64,000 nucleotides of DNA from Bryobacterales bacterium (lineage in GTDB: Bacteria > Acidobacteriota > Terriglobia > Bryobacterales > UBA6623). The position numbers were made by a program, and so were the translations under genes. This document shows positions 1-9,418 of this stretch, in pieces. Below the pieces are notes generated by a model, which was not told where the DNA came from, made no database searches, and saw only the letters and a list, made by a program, of their open reading frames with translations. Positions within the stretch are counted from its first letter, which is position 1, and each line of letters starts with the position of its first letter. The stretch covers positions 1,948,154 through 2,012,153 of the forward strand of contig OZ241997.1 in assembly GCA_965204435.1 (NCBI GenBank), in the 5' to 3' direction.

Positions 1-554
1 CCCGTTGTGCCCGACGTGTAGATGATGCTCGCCAGATCGCCCGGCTCGACCGCCCCCAACGCTGCTTCGAAGCGCTGCCGGGCCGCGGCGTCGGGGCTGG
101 CTTCGCCGATGAGATCGGCCACGTTCGCCACTCCCTCCTGATCAGTGCTGTCAAAACCGATCACAAGAGTAAGGTTCGGCAATTGGTCGCGAATGGAGAG
201 AATCTTCTCCAACTGGCCCTCGGTCGAGCAGAAGATCGCCTTGGATTCGGAGTGTTCGAGCAGGTAGCGCACCTGGTCGGCCAACAGCGTCGGATAGATC
301 GGGACGCTGATGATGCCCGCCGTCATCATCGTGAAGTCGGCCACAGCCCACTCCCAGCGGTTCTCGGAGATCAGGGCGCACTTGTCGCCCTTCCTCAGGC
401 CCGCCTCGGCCAAGGCGGCGTGCAGTTGGATGCAACGCCGCTCCAACTCAGCTGACGATATGGGCTCGTAGGTGCCGGAATCCTTGGTGAGAATCGCGTC
501 AGACTTGCCGTGCGCGATCACGTCTTGAAATAGCCTTGCAATGGTTTCAGCCAT
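1..554 (-). CDS. Long-chain-fatty-acid--CoA ligase (AMP-binding), 5' part; runs off the window start
   Basis: Manual translation from ATG at 554: MAETIARLFQDVIAHGKSDAIL...KGDKCALISENRWEWAVADF...DLASIIYTSGTT (AMP-binding signature). Not in the supplied ORF track because it is partial. Confidence 0.9.
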   Translation of the reverse strand, partial: MAETIARLFQDVIAHGKSDAILTKDSGTYEPISSAELERRCIQLHAALAEAGLRKGDKCALISENRWEWAVADFTMMTAGIISVPIYPTLLADQVRYLLEHSESKAIFCSTEGQLEKILSIRDQLPNLTLVIGFDSTDQEGVANVADLIGEASPDAAARQRFEAALGAVEPGDLASIIYTSGTT

Positions 555-656
555 GCCGTTGCTCCTCGTTCGCACGATGTTAGCACGGCACCATAGGTCG
601 ATCGGTTGGCCGAGTCGGGGCATAATGGACCCACCGGGACAAGTCCCGCGATCCTG

Positions 657-839
657 ATGAGCGACCCCGTTCCAAGTTCACCCAAGGGGGATGGCGCCAC
701 TGGCGAGCCAATCACGGCCGACGAGGCAGCGCAGGCCGCACAAGTTTTGGATCAGCTGCTCGCTGTGTGTCGCGAGGCGTGGGACAGCGACCTTGCCGAG
801 GAGCAGCCGACCGGCACATTCCGTGTCGAGGACGAGTGA
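657..839 (+). CDS. Small acidic hypothetical protein
   Basis: ORF MSDPVPSS...AAQVLDQLLAVCREAWDSDLAEE fills the gap between two genes; no family recognised. Confidence 0.4.
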   Translation: MSDPVPSSPKGDGATGEPITADEAAQAAQVLDQLLAVCREAWDSDLAEEQPTGTFRVEDE

Positions 840-880
840 CCGCGGACCCGTCCGAGGACAGCCGGCGAGCCGAGCCCTAG

Positions 881-2764
881 TCAGGCGCTGACCGCGAACG
901 CGAGCGCAACCTCGGAAGGCCCGGCCTCCTCGGCACGCAGCGGCACGACCTGCGTCGAGCTGTGGCAATAGCAGGCGCCGCTTCGTCCAGTGCCGCAGTA
1001 ATAGATGACCGCCTCGACATGGAGCATCTCGTCTTGGCTGATCTCGAGGGACGTCTCCGCGATTCCGTCCCGAAAGACTGCCGGAAAAACGCGCTCTCCG
1101 ACGCGAACACTCACCCCTGACGATGCCTCGTGAGCGAGAACGCGGTCCGCGGGCAATTCAGCATCAACCCTGACGGTTACGATCCCGGGCCTGACCGAGC
1201 GTTCGGGAAGCGTTCGCAGTGCCCGTCGCGAAGGCACCAGGCGGGCCGCCTCGCGCAGAGGCCACGCTGAGACAGCTCCTGTCTGGAGATCGATCTTGCG
1301 TATGGCGTGATTGTTCGTGTCGGCGACGTACAGGCTGCCATCCGCATGGCTCAGGCCGCCCGGCTGGTTGAAGCGCGCCTCGCTGGCGGCCCCGTCCCGG
1401 CAGCCGGCCTCTCCGCTGCCGGCCACTGTCTTCGCGCGGAGCATCGGCAGCGCGATGGACTTGATCTTGTTGTTGTAGGTGTCGGCGACGAATAGCTTGC
1501 CGTCTGCATGCGCAACTCCGAGCGGATGCTGGAGGCGGACTTCTTGCCCGACGCCATCAACATCTCCGAAGTCGAACAGTCCCTTCCCTACGACCGTGCG
1601 CACGTGCCCTCCCCTCGGGTCGAGCGAAACGGCCCGGATCGAGCTGACTTCGCTATCGGCGACGAACAGGCTCTCCCCGTCTGAGGTCAAGCCGCTGGGC
1701 TGCGCCAGAGCCGCGGCCATCAAAGGGCCGTCAACGTGGTCCTCGCGACCGCTTCCTGCGTGGCCCGCGATATACCCTCCGTCTAGGTCAATGCCGAAGA
1801 TCTGGTGGTTTCCGGCCATGGCGACGAACAGCACGCCGTGCGCGAGATGCAGGTCCCAAGGCGAGTTCAACCTCCGGCCTTCCAGCGATCCGGGCCGACT
1901 GTTCCACTCGGTGTCTTGCTGGCCGTCGCCCGCGAGAGTGGACACGGCTGGCCTGTCCAAATCGACCACGCGGATCGCGTGATTGCCGGTATCGGCAACG
2001 TACAGCCTTTCTGCGCTCAGAGCCATCCCTTGCGGCTGGCAGAAGCGCGCCGCCTCGGCTGTACCGTCCGCGAATCCCGGCTCGCAGCCGCCGATGACTT
2101 GGCATACCGTGCCATCCGCCAGCGAGGCGACCACGATCCGATGGTGGTTCGAGTCGGCGATGAACAGCCTGCCGCCAGCCGCATCGGCGAGGACCTTGCC
2201 GGGGAACGACAGCAGCGAATCCGGAACGCGGCTGGCCTCGGAGACATTCCGCAACGGGCCCCGGCGCAATGCCCCGCCAGCGTCGTAGTGCTGGACCATC
2301 TGCGAGATAACCTTGTCGAAGAGGTCGAAAACCTGCTCCCCGGAATGGGTCCCGAAGACCTTGCCCAGAGGGTCGATCAGCATGAACGTGGGCCACGCCC
2401 GCACTGCATATTCCTGCCACACGCGCATTTCGGCGTCGTTCACCACCGGATGGTCGATGCTGTAGCGCAGGATCGCCTCGCGAATCCTGTCAGTGTGCTT
2501 CTCGGCGTCGAACTTTGCCGAATGGACGCCGATAACGACGAGCTCGTCGCGGTACTTGCTCTCCAGGCGCTTGAGATCCTCGAGCGCGTGCATGCAGTTG
2601 ATGCAGCAATAGGTCCAGAAGTCCAGCAGTACGACCTTGCCGCGCAGGTCCTTGATGGACAGCGCCGTGTCCGTGTTGAGCCATTCCAGCCCGGGCGGGA
2701 ACTCCGGAGCGTTCACGGTTCCCGGCTCAATCACCTGGGCGCCGCGGCCGACAGCGTCTGCCAT
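881..2764 (-). CDS. Thioredoxin-like domain + NHL-repeat beta-propeller protein (NHLRC2/SOQ1-like)
   Basis: LDFWTYCCINC thioredoxin motif, repeated NHL motifs (LFIADSNHHRI, LYVADTGNHAIR, LFVADTYNNKIK); ATG at 2764. Confidence 0.9.
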   Translation of the reverse strand: MADAVGRGAQVIEPGTVNAPEFPPGLEWLNTDTALSIKDLRGKVVLLDFWTYCCINCMHALEDLKRLESKYRDELVVIGVHSAKFDAEKHTDRIREAILRYSIDHPVVNDAEMRVWQEYAVRAWPTFMLIDPLGKVFGTHSGEQVFDLFDKVISQMVQHYDAGGALRRGPLRNVSEASRVPDSLLSFPGKVLADAAGGRLFIADSNHHRIVVASLADGTVCQVIGGCEPGFADGTAEAARFCQPQGMALSAERLYVADTGNHAIRVVDLDRPAVSTLAGDGQQDTEWNSRPGSLEGRRLNSPWDLHLAHGVLFVAMAGNHQIFGIDLDGGYIAGHAGSGREDHVDGPLMAAALAQPSGLTSDGESLFVADSEVSSIRAVSLDPRGGHVRTVVGKGLFDFGDVDGVGQEVRLQHPLGVAHADGKLFVADTYNNKIKSIALPMLRAKTVAGSGEAGCRDGAASEARFNQPGGLSHADGSLYVADTNNHAIRKIDLQTGAVSAWPLREAARLVPSRRALRTLPERSVRPGIVTVRVDAELPADRVLAHEASSGVSVRVGERVFPAVFRDGIAETSLEISQDEMLHVEAVIYYCGTGRSGACYCHSSTQVVPLRAEEAGPSEVALAFAVSA

Positions 2765-2970
2765 GAATCCATCATGGCAGAGCGTTGCGGCAAGGTTGCT
2801 CGAGCAGCTCCGGACCCGCTCGCCCTCGCACGGGTCGCGCCCGGCCGGCGAGGCGCGTGCCAAAATGGACGGCGTGCCGACGGCGAGCTCCGCCCCCAAT
2901 TGTTCGGCACGCCCGCGCCAACGGCCGGCGTCGACGGGATCGGCCGGCCTCGGCAGCGAATGCCCTGCTC

Positions 2971-3699
2971 ATGACTGATTCAACGAAACGGATCTGTCTA
3001 TGGTCCGGACCGCGCAACGTGTCCACGGCCCTGATGTACTCGTTCTCCCAGCGCAGCGACACCACGGTCGTCGACGAGCCCCTATACGCTCACTTCCTGC
3101 GGGTCAGCGGCGCGCAGCATCCGCTGCGCGAGTCCTGTCTGGCCGCCCAAGACTCCGATGGCGATCGCGTGGCCCGCGAATCAATCCTCGGACCGTGGGC
3201 CAGCCCGGTGGTGTTCTTCAAACAGATGGCTCACCACCTGGTCGACCTGAACCTAGACTTCATGCGGAGCACGCGCAACGTGTTCCTCACGCGAGACCCG
3301 GAACAGGTCCTGACTTCACTGCTGCTGCGCATCGGGCAGCCGCGAATGCGCGACGCGGGCTTCGCACGGCAGTGTGAGCTCGTCGAAATGCTGGAGGATT
3401 GGGGCCAAACTCCTGCCGTACTGGATGCCCGCGACCTGCTGACGGACCCGCCGGGAGCTCTGGCGGCGCTGTGCGCGCACCTCGAAATACCGTTTGAAGA
3501 GGCGATGCTGCGTTGGCCGGACGGGCCCAAGGCGTTCGATGGCGTATGGGCTCCGGAATGGTACGAGAGCGCTCACCAAAGCACCGGATTCCGGCCGTAC
3601 CGGCCGAAACCCGGACCGTTCCCGCCCGAGCTCGGCCCGCTGCTGGAGGAGTGCCGTCCGTATTACGCGAAGCTGCAAGAGCGAGCCCTTCGCGCCTGA
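2971..3699 (+). CDS. Sulfotransferase-like P-loop protein (WSGPRNxSTALMYSF family)
   Basis: WSGPRNVSTALMYSF, DEPLY, KQMAHH and GVWAPEWY motifs. Confidence 0.8.
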   Translation: MTDSTKRICLWSGPRNVSTALMYSFSQRSDTTVVDEPLYAHFLRVSGAQHPLRESCLAAQDSDGDRVARESILGPWASPVVFFKQMAHHLVDLNLDFMRSTRNVFLTRDPEQVLTSLLLRIGQPRMRDAGFARQCELVEMLEDWGQTPAVLDARDLLTDPPGALAALCAHLEIPFEEAMLRWPDGPKAFDGVWAPEWYESAHQSTGFRPYRPKPGPFPPELGPLLEECRPYYAKLQERALRA

Positions 3700-3704
3700 T
3701 CCAC

Positions 3705-4442
3705 GTGCCGTCCCTCAGCCTCGTGATCCCGGCCTTCAACGAAGCGCGCCGCCTGCCGGCGACGCTGCGCAACGTGTCGCGCTATCTTCCGGGCTCTCCG
3801 TTTGACGAGTCCGAGGTCATCGTGGTCGACGACGGATCCCTGGACGGCACCTCGGAGACCGCACGGTCGGAACAGCCGGCGTTGGCGGCCAGCGGCGTCG
3901 CGCTGCGCGTCTTCCGCAACGATGCCAACCGGGGCAAGGGCTACAGCGTGCGCCGGGGCATGCGCGAGGCCAGCCACGAATGGGTGCTGTCTTGCGATGC
4001 CGACGAGTCCGCGCCGATCGCGGAAGTGGAAAAGCTCGTCGAGGCTGCGGAAGCGGGCGGCCATGCAGTCGCGATCGGCTCGCGGGCGTTGGACCGCTCG
4101 CTGATCGGGATCCACCAGCCCAAGTACCGCGAGTGCGTAGGCCGCCTGTTCAACCTCAACGTGAGGCTGGCCACGGGACTGCGCGTCGCAGACACGCAGT
4201 GCGGATTCAAGCTGTTCCTCCGGCAGGCAGCCCAGCGAATCGCGGCCAAGCAGCGGATCGAACGTTTCGGCTTCGACGTGGAGCAGCTCTACATTGCGCG
4301 CAAGCTTGGCTTCTCAATCGCCGAAGTCCCGGTGCGCTGGAACAATCAGCCTGACTCCTCCGTTGGGGTCTGTGACGGCCTGGCAGCCTTCGCCGACGTA
4401 TGGAGAGTCAGATGGAACGACCTGAAGGGAGCATACTCCTGA
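3705..4442 (+). CDS. Glycosyltransferase family 2 (dolichyl-phosphate beta-glucosyltransferase-like)
   Basis: SLVIPAFNE, VVDDGS, NRGKGYSVRRG, DAD, DTQCGFKLF, FGFDVE; GTG start at 3705. Confidence 0.9.
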   Translation: MPSLSLVIPAFNEARRLPATLRNVSRYLPGSPFDESEVIVVDDGSLDGTSETARSEQPALAASGVALRVFRNDANRGKGYSVRRGMREASHEWVLSCDADESAPIAEVEKLVEAAEAGGHAVAIGSRALDRSLIGIHQPKYRECVGRLFNLNVRLATGLRVADTQCGFKLFLRQAAQRIAAKQRIERFGFDVEQLYIARKLGFSIAEVPVRWNNQPDSSVGVCDGLAAFADVWRVRWNDLKGAYS

Positions 4443-4451
4443 CGCGCTGCG

Positions 4452-5744
4452 TCAGACCAGCTCGCCGCTGGGGTCGATGCGCTCGGCGTTCAAGTAGCTG
4501 CGCAGCGCCTCGGGCATGACCACGCTGCCATCGGCCTGCTGATAGTTCTCCAGGATCGCCAGCCAAGTGCGCCCTATGGCCAGGCCGCTCCCGTTGAGCG
4601 TGTGCACGAATTCCGGCTTGTGGCGACCGCCTTCAGCGCTCCTGAAGCGAACCCTTGCGCGACGGGCTTGGAAGGCTTCGAAGTTGCTGCAGGACGAAAT
4701 TTCCTTGTACTCTCCGAGCCCGGGCAGCCAGACTTCCAGATCGTAGGTCTTGGCCGCGCTGAAGCCCATGTCCCCGCTCGAAAGCAAGACTTTGCGATAC
4801 GGCAGTCCCAGGCGCTGCAACATGTCTTCGGCATCCGAGGTTAGGCGCTCGAGTTCGCCGTAGCTGGTTTCCGGGCTGGCAAACTTGACAAGCTCGACCT
4901 TTTGGAACTGGTGCTGGCGGATGACGCCACGCACGTCCCGGCCGTAGGAACCCGCCTCGCTACGAAAGCACGGCGTGAATGCCGTGAGCGATATCGGAAG
5001 GTCGTCATAGGCAAGCGTCTCGCCGGCGTACAGGTTGGTCAGGGGCACTTCGGCCGTGGGCACCAGCCAGTAGTCGGTGCGCTCGAGCTTGAACAGGTCG
5101 TGCGAGAACTTCGGCAGCTGGCCTGTGCCGAACAGGCTGCGGGAATTCGCGATGAAGGGCGGCAATATCTCGCGGTAGCCATGCTCGCCAGTGTGCACGT
5201 CGAGCATGAAATTCATCAGCGCTCGCTCGAGCTTGGCGCCAGCGTCGCAATAGACCGCGAAGCGCGAGCCCACCAGCTTGGCCGCCCGCTCGAAATCGAC
5301 TATCCCCAGCTGCACGCCGAGATCCCAATGCGGCTTGGGTTGAAACGCGAACTCGGCCGGCTCGCCCCAGCGGCTGACCTCGCGGTTGGCCGATTCGTCA
5401 GCCCCCGCCGGCACGCTCTCGTGGGGAACGTTGGGAATCTGGCTCAGGACCGAGTTCAAAGTCTCGTCCAGCTCATGCACCGAGGCCTCGTACTTGCCGA
5501 TCTGCGCATGCACATCGCGAGACTGCGCAACCATTGCGGACGCATCTTCGCCGGCGCGCTTTGCCTTGGCCACGGTGGCGCTGAGTTCGTTGCGCTGCCC
5601 CTGTAGTGCTTGCATCTCGGTGACCGCGGCGCGCCGTCTGGCATCGGTCTCGGCAAACTGCTCAAGCACGTCCAAGTCGACTCGATCTGCCAAGCGGTCC
5701 TTGGCTTCATCAAAGTGTTGTCGCAGGTAGGCGCGATCAAGCAT
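4452..5744 (-). CDS. serS: Serine--tRNA ligase
   Basis: N-terminal coiled coil, [46 protein letters not shown]. Confidence 0.98.
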   Translation of the reverse strand: MLDRAYLRQHFDEAKDRLADRVDLDVLEQFAETDARRRAAVTEMQALQGQRNELSATVAKAKRAGEDASAMVAQSRDVHAQIGKYEASVHELDETLNSVLSQIPNVPHESVPAGADESANREVSRWGEPAEFAFQPKPHWDLGVQLGIVDFERAAKLVGSRFAVYCDAGAKLERALMNFMLDVHTGEHGYREILPPFIANSRSLFGTGQLPKFSHDLFKLERTDYWLVPTAEVPLTNLYAGETLAYDDLPISLTAFTPCFRSEAGSYGRDVRGVIRQHQFQKVELVKFASPETSYGELERLTSDAEDMLQRLGLPYRKVLLSSGDMGFSAAKTYDLEVWLPGLGEYKEISSCSNFEAFQARRARVRFRSAEGGRHKPEFVHTLNGSGLAIGRTWLAILENYQQADGSVVMPEALRSYLNAERIDPSGELV

Positions 5745-6060
5745 GAGATAGAGGGCAAGCCGCGGCCAGCGGGACGCAGCGACCAGAGTGAACCGCAGGC
5801 CTGAGCGGCGCCCGCGCACCTTTCAGAGCCCTAGTATGACACGCCCGCAAATCGCCCACTACGGGCCGCCTGAACGATCGATCCCCCCACCAAGGCACTT
5901 GCGAGCTACGCTGCCGGCGCAGGTTGGGACAGGCGGACTCAACCCGTCCGCCAGTGCCGCCGCGGAGGTCGGAACGCCGTTGGCGGTGCCGGCACTGCGG
6001 TCGTTTCACGCCTCGGCTCCCGCGCGATTCAGGCATGCCTTTGCTTGATACGATGAGCCT

Positions 6061-8406
6061 GTGCAGACCTCGACCCGCTCCGGACTTCGCCGTGCCACGC
6101 TCGCAGTCCTCGCCCTCGCGTCTGCGGGCGTGCTTACGCAAGTGCCTACCGCGACGCCGGCGGAATGGAAAGGCTCACAGATCCTCGACACAACGATCAA
6201 CCAGGCGATCGCGGACGGGATCACGCCGGGGGCAGTGGCGTGGATTGAGTCCCGCGGGCAGCTTCTCCACTTTGCCGGCTACGGTGCCAAGAGCGTGGCG
6301 CCGCGGCGCGAGCCGATGGAAGTCGACACCATCTTCGATTGCGCATCCCTCACCAAGGTAATGGTCACAGCCCCGGCGATCATGATGCTGGCGGAAGAGG
6401 GCAAAGTCCGTCTCAACGACAGGATTCAGGTATATCTGCCTGATTTTCGAGACCGCACGCGCATCACAGTCCTACAGTTACTCACCCATTTTTCGGGACT
6501 GCGCCCCACGCTGCCGCTCGAATCCACGTGGCGAGGCTATCAAGCAGGCGTCGATCTCGCCCTGCAGGAGAGCCCGACAATCGCGCCCGACACGAAGTTT
6601 GTCTACAGCGATGTGAACTACATTCTCCTGGCGGAAATCGTCCGCAGAGTCAGCGGAACAACTCTGGACAAGTTTGCGGAAGAACGCATCTTCGAACCGC
6701 TCGGAATGCACGATACGTCCTTCCGCCCCGAGGCCGAATTGCGCTCGCGCATCGCGCCGACCGTGCAGCTGGCAGATGGCAGCTTCCTACGGGGCATTGT
6801 TCACGATCCCACGACACGTAGGATGGCGGGCGTCTCGGGACAGGCCGGGGTATTCTCTACTGCCAAAGACGTCGCCACCTTCGCACGCATGATGCTGAAT
6901 GGCGGCGAACTTGACGGGACGCGGATCTTGAGCCCGTTGAGCGTGCTGCGCATGCGCACCTCGCAGAGCCCTGACGGCACGGTCGCACGCGGGATCGGGT
7001 GGGATATCGATACGCCCTATTCCTCGCCTCGCGGTGACCTGTTCAGCACTGCATCGTTCGGACACACCGGCTATACGGGGCCGTCGCTGTGGATCGACCC
7101 GGTCAGCCATTCGTTTGTCGTGCTGATGACCAATCGCGTCCATCCAACCGTGAAGACATCCGTGGTCCGACTGCGAAGCCTTGTCGCAACCATCGTCGCG
7201 GCGAACTTGAACGTGAGCGGCGCCGACCTATCGGGTCGAGCCGATCCCACTCGCGAGAGAGCTGTTTTTTCGCCTGTAAAGACTGGGCTGGATGTGCTTG
7301 CATCCGAGGGCTTCGAACGTCTGCGCGGCAAGAAAATCGGGCTCTTGACCAACCACACGGGCATCGATCGTCTGCGCCGGCGCAACATCGACCTGCTGGC
7401 CGCGGCGCCAGATGTCAGCCTCGAATTGATCTTCACGCCCGAGCACGGACTGGGCGGAGAATTGGACCAGCCGGACATCGCAGACGGCGTCGACCAGCGC
7501 AGTGGTATCGCCGTCCACAGCCTCTATCGCAGCGACCGCAAGCGGCCAACGGCTGAACAGTTGCGGGGCCTCGACGCGCTCGTGTTCGATATCCAAGACA
7601 TCGGCGCGCGCTTCTACACCTACATCACGACCATGGGATACGCCTTGGAGGCGGCAGCCGAAGCGGGCATCGAATTCTACGTGCTGGACCGGCCCAACCC
7701 GATTAACGGGGTGGACGTCGAGGGGCCGCCCAGGGATGACGAGCTGGAGTCCTTCGTGGCTTACCACAACATCCCGGTGCGCCACGGCATGACGGCGGGC
7801 GAGCTGGCCGGAATGTTCGACGCGGAGAGAAAAATCGGTGCCAAGCTCGAGGTTGTCCGCATGCAGGGCTGGGAGCGCAGCCTGTGGTTTGACGAAACCG
7901 GCCTGCCGTGGGTCAACCCCTCGCCGAACATCAGGACACTTGACCAGGCCATCTTGTACCCCGGCATCGCCATGCTAGAGCAGCTGCCGAATTACTCGGT
8001 AGGCCGGGGAACAGACACTCCGTTCCAATTCGTCGGCGCAGACTGGATTGACGGCGTTGCGTTGGCAGACGCTATTCGCGAAACCTCTTTGCCGGGTGTA
8101 AGGGTGTACGCCCGCCAACAGAGGCCCACCGCCTCGGTGTTCAGCGGCACGGCAATCGATGGCGTGCAGTTTTCGATCACAGATAGGAACGCTCTGCAGC
8201 CAACGCGCCTGGGACTGGTGGTTGCCAGCGCGCTGGCCAAGACTCACGCCAACAAAGTAGACTTTGAACCGGCCAAGAATTTGGTCGGCAATTCGGAAAC
8301 TGTAGAAGCCCTCAATAACGGCCAAGACACAGCGGCGATTTGGAGCCGTATCGACGAATCAATCAGCGACTTTCGGACAAGGCGGCGAGCGTTTCTGCTG
8401 TACTAA
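6061..8406 (+). CDS. Secreted serine hydrolase (beta-lactamase fold, AmiE-like) fused to DUF1343/NamZ exo-beta-N-acetylmuramidase
   Basis: Signal peptide; SLTK (SxxK), YSD, GHTG; C-terminal half with TNHTG, PEHG, DIQDIGARFYTY, LDRPNP, RHGMT, PSPN (NamZ). Confidence 0.9.
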   Translation: MQTSTRSGLRRATLAVLALASAGVLTQVPTATPAEWKGSQILDTTINQAIADGITPGAVAWIESRGQLLHFAGYGAKSVAPRREPMEVDTIFDCASLTKVMVTAPAIMMLAEEGKVRLNDRIQVYLPDFRDRTRITVLQLLTHFSGLRPTLPLESTWRGYQAGVDLALQESPTIAPDTKFVYSDVNYILLAEIVRRVSGTTLDKFAEERIFEPLGMHDTSFRPEAELRSRIAPTVQLADGSFLRGIVHDPTTRRMAGVSGQAGVFSTAKDVATFARMMLNGGELDGTRILSPLSVLRMRTSQSPDGTVARGIGWDIDTPYSSPRGDLFSTASFGHTGYTGPSLWIDPVSHSFVVLMTNRVHPTVKTSVVRLRSLVATIVAANLNVSGADLSGRADPTRERAVFSPVKTGLDVLASEGFERLRGKKIGLLTNHTGIDRLRRRNIDLLAAAPDVSLELIFTPEHGLGGELDQPDIADGVDQRSGIAVHSLYRSDRKRPTAEQLRGLDALVFDIQDIGARFYTYITTMGYALEAAAEAGIEFYVLDRPNPINGVDVEGPPRDDELESFVAYHNIPVRHGMTAGELAGMFDAERKIGAKLEVVRMQGWERSLWFDETGLPWVNPSPNIRTLDQAILYPGIAMLEQLPNYSVGRGTDTPFQFVGADWIDGVALADAIRETSLPGVRVYARQQRPTASVFSGTAIDGVQFSITDRNALQPTRLGLVVASALAKTHANKVDFEPAKNLVGNSETVEALNNGQDTAAIWSRIDESISDFRTRRRAFLLY

Positions 8407-8480
8407 GCCCACCTGTCGGCAAACCCGGCGCACTGTCAATGGCGAAGCCCGAAAGCCCGCGGCTGCTTGGGTTAGACGCC

Positions 8481-8729
8481 CTAGCTGGCGCCCCTGGATC
8501 CCATGACTTCCTCGATCCAAGCTGGACGGCGTCCGCGGCGCTTTCCACGGCTGCGCTCAAGGTTCGCGAGTGCGACGACCGCGTCTTCGACCAACGCGCG
8601 ATTACTTTCGAGGTAATCGAGAACCTTCTTGGTCTCGCGGCTCATTGGCAGGCCGCTCAGAGCCGCGATGGCGGTGCTGTTTTGGTCCAGCTCGGTCTTC
8701 AACTCATTGAGGATTTTGTTGATGTCCAT
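8481..8729 (-). CDS. Small acidobacterial-type protein with helical repeats and a basic RRGRRPAW tail (putative DNA-binding)
   Basis: MDINKILNELKTELDQ...ALANLERSRGKRRGRRPAW; AT-richer upstream region. Confidence 0.65.
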   Translation of the reverse strand: MDINKILNELKTELDQNSTAIAALSGLPMSRETKKVLDYLESNRALVEDAVVALANLERSRGKRRGRRPAWIEEVMGSRGAS

Positions 8730-9418
8730 TGTGAGACTGTTGCTCCTTCTAGAGTGGGATCCATCCAATCACTCAGATTGACTTGATCAATGCAATTCTT
8801 GGAGTGGATTCCCGTGTTTCAAACGTTGGGCCAAGTGGACCCTCAGGCATGTGCTAGTCCCACAAATAACAGGAAATCCAGCGGGTTGTCAAGCAATGAT
8901 TTGCTACTTGCAGACACCGGCTCAAAGTTGCACGCGAGATACGGTCAAAGTTACAACAATCAAACGCCCCGTGGGGCCGGGCTGCGCCCCACTGCCAACT
9001 AGCCGGATAGCGACCGCCCGCCGTGCCAGTGTGATGGCTGCGAGCGACCGGCGCCTGAGACCGCCAGAATCGCTCTCAGTCTTGGCCGAACAGCGGGCGA
9101 GATCGCATTTCGGCTGTCCGGGGCCCCGAGCGCTCGGGGTTCCTAGCAGCGGTTCGCACCTTGGCGGTAAGGATTCGGTGCGCGGACATGCGCACTTGCT
9201 GGAGGAGAGTCGCAGTGCGCAGCAGACCCGCCCGGCCCCGGAACGTGGCCGGTTGCCGCGTTGCGCGCGTTCACTTGCACGCCGCAGCCTGGGGCGGCTA
9301 TACTTTCTCAAAGATGAGTAAGAGCTGGTTTTCCGCTTGACCGGAGCCGTTGCGCCACCTGCGGAAGTGTGCCATCATTTTCTCTATGCCGTCAGACGAT
9401 GGCTTCGGAGTTCAGGGA

